Position numbers and translations under genes: made by a program. A stretch of 64,000 bases of DNA from Tubiluchus corallicola. Its lineage: Eukaryota; Animalia; Priapulida. Below are positions 55,004-64,000 of the stretch, in pieces (position 1 is the stretch's first letter; each line of letters opens with the position of its first letter). Under the pieces are notes generated by a model, which was not told the origin of the DNA, searched no databases, and saw nothing but the letters and a program-made list of their open reading frames with translations. The stretch lies in the NCBI GenBank assembly GCA_030141605.1, contig JAQGDQ010000036.1, positions 806,001 to 870,000 of the forward strand, in the 5' to 3' direction.

Positions 55004-57276
55004 ATAGCTGACCGAAACTCCGTCGTACAGTCTTTTGTTGTGATAAAACTGACTGGGTCTCTCATTCTTTTCTTGCTCACTTATCTTGAAATTATAGCTT
55101 CTTTCTTGGTGCTACAGTCACTGCTATAGAAACTCTTTCACGAGGAAAGCTCTCAATGGCGTAAAGCGGGTGCAGTTCATTTCATACTATTGCATTCTTT
55201 TGGGCTTAGGGCAACATTCAGGTCTTGGTTTATTCTCCAATTTGCTTAGTATCCTTAGCCTGCTCGTTTCTAGAAGTATTCATAGCGGCAAGTAAAACAC
55301 AAACCCAGTTCTTTTTCTCAGACATCTGAGAAATTCTTTAGTAGAAAATCATTTGCTATTTAAAACTGGAGGTTTACTTGCTTCGAGTAGGAGATATCGC
55401 GTATATTACTCAGTTTTAAGAAATCTGTGTTTCTTGGCCTACATTCTGTTTTTGCTTCTTAAGTGGTGACCTTTATACAGAGTCGACAATTGTTTGACAC
55501 GGTGTACGCAAAAACGCTAAAAACACCATGGCACTCAGTTACAATGTACCGTGCATCTTAAAGAAGCAGGAACGCAGTCAGGAAATTTGCAGACTGTCTT
55601 GCAGATTTCATTTTGACAGTTGCTAGTAAAATCTAAAAAGGCCTCCTATAGCCAGATAATTTATATGATCACGCTATCTGCTACTGCTAACGAGATAATA
55701 CATAATAGGGAGCAAGGTGCGCTTGCACTAATAGCAAGTGTTTGTTCAACTGCCCACTTATTTACAGATTTCAGAGGGAATTTATATTTGCTAAAATGGA
55801 AAGAGCCCATGCACTAGCGTGCCTCTTGGTTTTATCTAACCCACAGTCTAACCTTTGAAATGCAATCGTACCATACTGTTGATAAAATACTAAGTTTGTG
55901 CTCGCATCATTTTTTGGCAGTACATCAAATGAAAATCTGCAATTCATGCTGGTGTTTGGAAAATTGGAATTATGTTTAAATGCATTTTTTCCAAAGGCTA
56001 AAAGAATTTTTACTTTCCCTCAGAAACTACCACCACAAATAACCTTTCGCATTTTGGTAACGTTGTTTGGCCGAAAATTAGGCCTATATTTTTCCTGCTA
56101 CATTATTACTGTTAGAAAACACTTGAAGAGTAAAAGTACCAAGTAATATATTACTTTTGTGTACTAATAAGCCACGGTTATTTTTTTAATTGGCTGTTGT
56201 TAATTATGTCCCTACTTTCCTTTATAAAACAGTCTTGCTAAGGACACTATTTCGAAAAGCAAGTAGCTTGTCTGTGGTTTTTGCATACAGGCCTAAATTT
56301 AAATATTGGCCTATTTTAGTACATCCAGCTGCAAGTAGAAATTAATTTTACGGTGGTTATACTATTGTCTTCCACAGAGTAGAATTTGGGTAATCCTTTA
56401 TTTGCACGCATATGCTCAAGATGTCGGTACCATTATTATGACTATAAAGGCATCGTATGCAGCGCTAGATAAAATGGTTGTGTACATTAAATTGATTATA
56501 TGGATCCCCATATTATCGTGTGTCATTCGTGCACTATGACCGCTTAGATGTAATAAATGAACCTATAAGCACGTTTTGGCACGTTTTCGTATAATGTTTG
56601 AACACGGCTGTGACACTTTGTTTGACCTCAGTTAAGTCACAGCCTTAGTTACTTAGCTACATTTTACTTGAAGCATTATTGTAGGCCTATCCGAATATGA
56701 TAAAATATTTGTAGACTACTAAGTTTGGCTTTCAATTCGCTTTTGAGTGATTGCACTTTTCAGGGCTGACACCTATCGTGCTGGCAGTTTGCCAGTTTTT
56801 CTGTATTGACATTGTTACTTCAAGTTAGAGTTCGACCGCGGCGTGGTAGTGTTCTAGCTTAACACACAGGTTCACTCAAAACGTTTAAGGCTTGGCAGTA
56901 AACAAAGTATTGCGTAAAAAATTATTACAAATCATTATAACAGCTAACTTTTTAAGATAGCATGCGAGTGATGCGACACCATCTGTGTACAGCTCTTGTA
57001 AAAGATATTAGACCAGGAGGCTCAACAAATTTGGTTTCCTTCGCTCAGTTTAGGGATTACGTATATCAGATGATAGATGGGACCTTTATTGTGCTTACTG
57101 CCTGGGTGGCAGTACTAATTTTCATGTGGGCCTTGTGGAAATATTTCCGGCTTATTTGTGGGACCACCCCCAAAAACCGTTGTTAATACAAATTTGTGTA
57201 CAAATGGCAAGCAAGAGGCTATTTCATGTTGCATCCAAGTAGGCATTGAACGTTTACTTTGTCTAGTGCTATTCTG

Positions 57277-57592
57277 GCCGATCATTGCGTTCATTTGCTT
57301 AGTAGTAGAAAGTATTTTGAATGGCCTTTCGTGGCGTACTGTTCTAAAAGTTGTCCCATCTCTGAATAGCCTAAAAACATGTTTACTGAAATCCTGTTTA
57401 TTTTTCATTGACTACTTTTTTCCTACTGTATCATTGCCGATCATTGCGTTCATTTGTTTAGTAGTAGAAAGTATTTTGAATGGCCTTTCGTGGCGTACTG
57501 TTCTAAAAGTTGTCCCATCTCTGAATAGCCTAAAAATATGTTTACTGAAATCCTGTTTATTTTTCCTTGACTACCGTTTTTCCTACTGTATC
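57277..57592. repeat. Tandem duplication, two units of about 159 bp
   Basis: gccgatcattgcgttcatttg...tcctactgtatc starts at 57277 and 57436, with a few substitutions and one indel. Confidence 0.95.
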
Positions 57593-58699
57593 TACAGGAT
57601 GCTACTTTCAACATTGCTGTCTAAAATTCCAGTATCAGTGGCTACTGCGAGTTTGTACTAGTTGGGCATGGGTACTTGTTGTGAAGCCACTCCCAAAAAG
57701 GCGTGGTTGTTTAGATGTACCAATGTTCGCGTGTAATGTTTTTTAATTTCACTACATTCCAACATTACACAACTTACTCAGAATAGTGCAATGTAGATAA
57801 TAAAAGTGATTATTAAAATAGTACATTGCATCATTTTTGCTGGACAATCGTGGCCCATTTGTAATAGAGCGTGCCTCCGTTTCATTCGACCATAGCCAAA
57901 AATATGTTAACGTTAGACTTTTCGCATGCCTTTTTTAATTTTACCAGCTTAAATCTTTCAAGTGTTTAATGAATAATGTTTATCACCTTTTCATGAGATA
58001 AATCACTCAAGCAGGGTGCTGATGCACAAATCAGGTACTTGCTTTGGCTACAGTAAACGTCCCAGGTAGGTTAGTCTTAGCCATTGTTGGCATATTCTGA
58101 GTGTCTAATGTCGTCAAGTCTAGGTTGCCATATACGGCTGATAACGTAAAATGTTAATCACATAAACTGGTGGTCATGGTTACTGCTTACCTTAACAACG
58201 GCACTGATAACAAGGTTAAATATGAAAAATAGTTTATGGAAACTTTAGCTCCTATTGTTATATGAACTAACAATGGATCTTAACATACAAGAGAGGCGGC
58301 AGTTGCTATGGTGACGATGTAAAGATCTGGTGTGATAAATTTGCGTTTACCTATAGCCTATTTTTCAAGCTGCGCGATTGGTTGTTTACAAAATTATAGA
58401 TAAAAAATTAAAAAAATTGTTTTATCAACACCGATTACTTGTCTGCTTGTGTCTAACAAGGTGCCATATTGAACTGTTTGGTATTTTGTTTAAAGAATTA
58501 AATTGCGGCCTGGACCACATACAGAACAAAGGTTTACAAAATAGCGAGCCCTTGTCGTCAGTTAAGGAAGTCAAAAATTATGATTACAAAATATAGTGAG
58601 ACTACAAACACCTTATCGCTGTTATTATTTTGGTTTCGTGGATAAGGCAGTGAATCTTGCTGTTGAAGGGGAACTTGACATTAAGAAAAACCTTAAAAT

Positions 58700-59206
58700 G
58701 TGAAAACCATGCCACTCGTGAATGTATTAGGCCCTGAAGAGTCTTTGACGTCAACGAAGCACAACATTTAAATGTGCTACACGTGCGTGGCAGTCTTTGG
58801 AGCGCTTCAGTGAGATTCGCTGCCTTATCCATTACACTGCAAACACAAGCAAGGCAGTAAACAACCGAGAAATTAAAATTATTGTCATGGTTTTCAAGTA
58901 AATTCTAGTGTCACTTTCGGTGAATATGCATCTCTCCCGAAAAGAAAGCGCTACCAATCATAATAACTGAAAGCCTGATAACTAGGGCTGGCCGCGCTCT
59001 GTCTGTCGCTTTCTCTCTCTAGTTAACTTTAACATAAAAAGTGATCTGTTTACGCGTTTCTTTGATACGGCTTCTCTGATTAATGTCTGCAAGGGTACTG
59101 CAAGGACGCGACGTTTGAAACCTGTTTGCGCAATTACGTTGTCTGAGCGGCTTCGTTGCTTGATTATACCTGTCACTTCATTTCATGCATTTCGTCAACA
59201 AAAATC
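58700..59206 (+). promoter_or_regulatory. CpG-rich candidate promoter/5' region of the schnurri gene
   Basis: CpG-rich relative to the LRP2 introns (judged by eye), with CRE TGACGTCA at 58746-58753 and E-box CACGTG at 58780-58785, directly upstream of AAAATCATGG. Confidence 0.4.
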
Positions 59207-62200
59207 ATGGCGACGCGTACGTTCCACTGGAATTACCGATACTTCTTTGCGGCTACCTTAAGTACATTGAAATAGTATTTTCAACTGTTTATGTTTTCTC
59301 ATGTTGTGTTACGTTACTTAATTCAGCAGTTACTGTTTTATTCTGTTTAACCGTACGTTAGCGCGTTTTTTTACTATTGAAATTACTTATAATTGATTGG
59401 ATACAAAAATTTGTTCGTGCAGGTTCATTCAGCTCAAATTTTTCGTTTTTTTCAATAAAAACCTAAACTTAGCAATGTTTTACCACTCTGTTTTCTAACT
59501 TGTTTTATTCTTGTTAAGCACTTAAATTTGTATACTGGCATAACATCGTAACCACGTATTTTTGAATATACTTGTTTGTATTGTAGTGTGTATGCGTTCT
59601 AAAAGGATAGCTTTTTTTCAGATAAAGGAGATGCTGTTATCGCGAATGGCTGTACACTGGCATAACATCGTAACCACGTATTTTTGAATATACTTGTTTG
59701 TATTGTAGTGTGTATGTGTTTTAAAAGGATAGCTTTTTTCAGATAAAGGAGATGCTGTTATCGCGAATGGCGAGGATACAAACAATAACCAATGTTCTTC
59801 GACTGTTGAAGAGTCCTGCGAGCAGACAGTAGGGGGTATGTAGGCGTTCTCAGTGTTGTTAAACATTGTCGTATTTTATTTTTAGCATTTCCTAAAGTCT
59901 TTAGCTGAATTAATGTCATACCTTTGGTAAAGGTAAAATTAAAAATGTCTTCTACATAAAGAGTGTCATAAAATGATAGACTCTTTGCTGCAAACACACA
60001 AAATATTAACATCTATTTTGCTATCTGATTTTGCTACCAGTTCTGACAGCCATTAATCTGTATAGGTGCATTTTGTGTTGGTTCCATGACTACGCACATT
60101 GTTTCTTCGTTTCTGGCAATAAAATTTAATAAGATGTACAAAATGTAACATTGTACTGATTGTAATATTAGACAAAATAATGAAAAAGTTTTGAAAAAAC
60201 TGTTCATATCTACTGTAATGGTTTTTAGCAGGTCTATCATTTCTCGACTCTGTTTAATCAATTCATATGTGAATAGGGTGTATAGTAAAAGATTGAAAAA
60301 TTTAAGTAAATTATGATGAAGTATAAATTAGTGTACTGTATAACTGCACTTTTACACTTATTTGGATCTAGCGCAAAGAAGAAATCGAACCATTTATTAT
60401 TTATGTTTTTGCAGAATTGACTGAACAAAATAGGCACAGCAAATGTTTAGAAAGAGAACTCATCACAACAGAAGATAGCTACAAGCAGAAAAGTGACAGT
60501 GAAAACAATACAGTGGTTTTAAATAGAACTCACTATGTACCAACTTTGCGTGACAGTGATAACAGAGAAAAAATCTTGTATGTGTGCTCATCATCTGTTA
60601 ACTCCACAATAGATTCTCAGTTGCATGTCACACATCACGGTTCTGTGTCACCTTTTCCAGAAGCTTGTTATCAGGAAATTGGTGAACATCCTAACTCATT
60701 GCACAAGTTACCCAATGTTCCTGCCCTGGCTGGCATACCTGGACCAGTTGTGAGTGGAGATCAGATTATCTACCCGGTGAAATTTGATACAAAAGTAGGC
60801 CGCAAACGAAAACACCCCGCTCCGCCAGGCAAGCACGTGTGTCCTTATTGTGGGAGAGGCTGTGCAAAGCCTAGTGTGTTACAGAAGCATGTTCGTGCTC
60901 ATACTGGGGAACGCCCTTATCCTTGTAGAACTTGCGGATTTGCTTTTAAAACAAAGTCAAACTTGTACAAACATTGCAAATCACAATCACATGCTTTAAA
61001 AGCTGGGCAAGGAGATGACTGTAAAGATGCTACCAATTCCGGTGATAGCCTTGATAACGATAACACTGAAAGTGGTGGTTCTAGCAGCACAGAAATCTGT
61101 GAAATTGAAGACACTGAAGCCAGACAGGCTGAAATGGTGACAGTGTCGAAAGAGATGACTAGTGAACCTGCTAGAGCTGAGCAGTCTGTTAGGGATAAGC
61201 ACTATTCTGATACAAATCAGTATTCTGGAGTTGATACAGCTGTTCCAGTACCAGTAGCAGGCTTGTCAGTTAGTCAGCCTGTGGTATTCACTGCTCTGTC
61301 ACCTGTTCTGCACGACAAGTATCTAGCCCTTAAAAATACGTTTTACACTAGTCATCCTCAATTTTCACCAGGAAATGTTCCAGCTACTCTTCAAATTGCA
61401 GATCAGTTAGGCAGCACATCTTTTTGCCAACAGCAGCCACTGATGACAGCTATTAGCAGTCATTCAGAACAGAGTCATAGTGTTAACGGGTTACCTATTT
61501 CTGTACAGTCTACTAAAATGCACTCAGCCAAAACTCCTTCGAGTATTGCTCCATTATACAACAAACATTTATTGGTAGAAATGCAAAATAAGCCTGCTGA
61601 TATTAATGATACCAAATTTTCAGTACCGGTTCATCCAACATGCATGTCTTCTGTTACTGCTTCTCATCACATTGTTCATGCTCCACATTCTTATAATCAC
61701 ATGGCAGACCGTCTAATTAGCTCTCAAGAAACTGCATATTTGCCGCCATTTAGAATTTCACCAAAAGATCAAACTGTTTCTGATATTGTCCGAACTCGTA
61801 TGGCATTGCCAAACTTTTCAGAAAGGCAGCATATCTTTTGTGGCACAACTGGTCACCAAACTTGGAATTTGCCAATGCCATCTAGTGCATTAGCTAAACG
61901 CCGACAAAAAATTCAACAGAGTCACGAGAGGGGCAAAGGTCTTGCTGAAATCGCGTCAAATGATCCGGTTTGCAATGACATATCACCTTGGCATGCCAGC
62001 AACCATTTTTCACCAAACAGATTGCCCCAAAGTGTAGCCGTCAGTAGCCCTAGAGTAATAAATAATGAAGGAAGAGTTGGGGCAGGTCACTATGTGATGG
62101 AAATGACAAAGCAGAAATTACCTGTTGACAATGTCAACAAAAGTGTCAATTCAGAAACTTTACGGGATAGAATAAGTAAGTTAATATCAGAAAATGATGC

Positions 62201-64000
62201 TGTAGTTGGAACATTTGAACCTGTTTGGTTTCGAAAACATGCTCGAAATAAGGTAATTGGATTTTCTGAAGATCCTAAGTATCGCAGTGATCTATCACAG
62301 GAAAATCCAAGTGATGTGCCATTTTCTAGAAGCATTTCTGTAGATGAAGACTTGAAAAAGCCTCACATAGCTGTAGGAAACAATTATTCTGGTGGTAAAA
62401 TAATGGAAGAGAATAGTTTGATTACTGATGAGCCTCACAATGCTAACTGCTCACAATCTTCAGCTAACAAAAATACAAGTGCTGGTATAAAAGATCTTCT
62501 CTCCTCAATAAATAAAGCAAGGTCCGAAAATATAGATCGTGCATCCATAAAGGAATTGTTAATGCCGCATTCAGGTTATGTTGAACATTCACCAAGTAGT
62601 AGCGAAGTGAGCATGATAAGAGATTTGCTTTTGCGTGGTCGTTCACTTAATATTGAACAAGTAAATTCTTGTACCGAGTCTGTGAAGTTAATAACTGGGG
62701 ATGTTCTTGACATGTTTCATTGTACAGCTTGTGGAACACCATTTCAGCATGCTGAAGCATTTGAAACACATGTTAAATATTATTGCGGGAGCTCAGCAAA
62801 ACCTGAAGAACAATCTAAATCAGTACTTGTACTAAAAGATAACAGTTTGGAAAAGCATGAAACCATGTCAGCGGCTATGCAGCAGGATGATAGTATAAAA
62901 AACCATGACACACCTTTGTCAAATTGTATTCCTGCTTCAAACTCTGCAAATGGATTAGTACTTAGCCCAAAAGTGGTGTTCTCCAAAGAGCTTGGAATCT
63001 GTGAAGCAGAAGGTGAGATGTCTTCGAATAAAAAGCTGTCATGCTTAAGGCACAATCAGGAACTTTCATATCCAGAGTCAATTCAATCATTAATTCTTTT
63101 TCAACATCCGAAGCCAAAAACTGAAACCATAGTGCAACTTAAACAAGGAAAGGCGTCAAGATTGGATAATTCATGTGAAGATTTAAAATCACAACACCTA
63201 GGCATGATGGCTAGTTTGAATGACTGTAAATCCCTTTCACCTAAGGTGAAATGTGCACCAGATGAAAAGTGTTTGCCATTAGGAGATCCCAATGTTGAAG
63301 TTTCAGCACGTGTGCCTTCATCACACTCACAAACAGTTTTGACTTCCACTGTTTTACGAGAACAAGTTCCATTTCCTGATGAAAAAAAGCGAGAAATAGA
63401 GATCCCTTGTACTAAAAGTGAAAACATGCCACCATTAAAAAAGCGGAAAGTCCCTGATGAAGTGTGGTCTCTATCTCAAAACAAGTCGACGTCAGTAGCA
63501 AATATTAGTATTCCTGAAGTTCGTGTAATAGATGAGACGGTTACAACGACTGTCGATTCACATTCTCGACCAGTTCGTCCGACTGGACTTCATTTGAATT
63601 TTAAAGATCCGCTTTTGAAATCTCATGTTGTGCAGCTGGGACATCCTTTATCTGTTTCGGAATCACTGAGTGATATAACGTGTAATACTGCCCAACCTGT
63701 GCGTCAGGCACAGATAACAAGCTTAGTTGCTCCTTTCACGATTGTGGATCAGAAGTCTACAAAAATGATGGCAGACTACAAACTTGTTCCCAACGTGTCT
63801 TTCCCAATGGTTAAATTGGTAGAAGCTTCACCAACTACACCATTAAAACCATTTAGCATTAACAAAAGCTTTTTGCAAGCAACCACACCTGAAAAAGAGA
63901 TAGCATCTGGGTTTTCATCTCCACGAAGAGTAAACCAGAAAAGCTTTCTAGAAGCTACCACACCCGAAAAAGAAATTTCTCCTGGATTTCCTTCTCGCAA
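59207..64000 (+). CDS. shn: Schnurri/HIVEP-family zinc-finger transcription factor, 5' portion (runs off the window)
   Basis: Large exon from 60415 (tttttgcag|AA), open in the frames I translated and still open at 64000. It encodes the paired C2H2 fingers [59 protein letters not shown] (about 60825-61000), the conserved [16 protein letters not shown] motif (about 62160-62208), and the HIVEP-type CCHC finger [24 protein letters not shown] (about 62715-62786). An in-phase upstream exon lies at 59743-59835. The ATG exon 59207-59216 (alternatively to 59261; both phase 1) is tentative. Confidence 0.9.
59529..59771. repeat. Tandem duplication, two units of about 121 bp, spanning an intron/exon boundary
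   Basis: tgta(t/c)actggcataacatcg...gttatcgcgaatggc at 59529-59650 and 59651-59771, with three substitutions and one T indel. Confidence 0.95.
63864..64000 (+). repeat. In-frame 75-bp (25-aa) coding tandem repeat in schnurri
   Basis: [25 protein letters not shown] followed by [20 protein letters not shown]; units start at 63864 and 63939. Confidence 0.85.

Noticed and set aside
57158-57661. 167-aa ORF with an internal repeat
   Set aside because: It has a GTG start, its length comes from the 159-bp (53-codon) duplication, and it has no recognisable domain or splice support.
60917-64000. Minus-strand ORFs listed in the track
   Set aside because: They are antisense shadows of the large plus-strand schnurri exon.

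Overview
AT-rich animal (invertebrate-type) genomic DNA with spliceosomal GT-AG introns; no prokaryotic features. Three protein-coding genes are present. (1) The 3' part of an LRP2/megalin gene on + (38 exons traced by hand from 1102 to the stop at 31185, about 2,026 codons in one continuous spliced frame). (2) A convergent ZIP (SLC39A1/2/3-type) metal transporter on -, with an intronless CDS at 34856-36133. (3) The 5' part of a Schnurri/HIVEP zinc-finger gene on +, whose large exon (60415 to beyond 64000) is missing from the ORF track because it has no stop in the window. Introns and intergenic DNA carry several non-autonomous DNA transposons (two Tigger/pogo deletion derivatives, a Tc2-type MITE, a CACTA-ended foldback element, a MULE-like element with a 9-bp target duplication and coding-like cargo), a LINE remnant, microsatellites and local duplications. 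I found no clearly new biological system. The best leads are a duplicated splice acceptor that would create a poison exon in schnurri, a candidate Pack-MULE in the ZIP 5' intron, a triple alternating inverted repeat near the ZIP promoter, and short signalling motifs in the Schnurri protein. All coordinates and translations were read by eye and none were database-checked.
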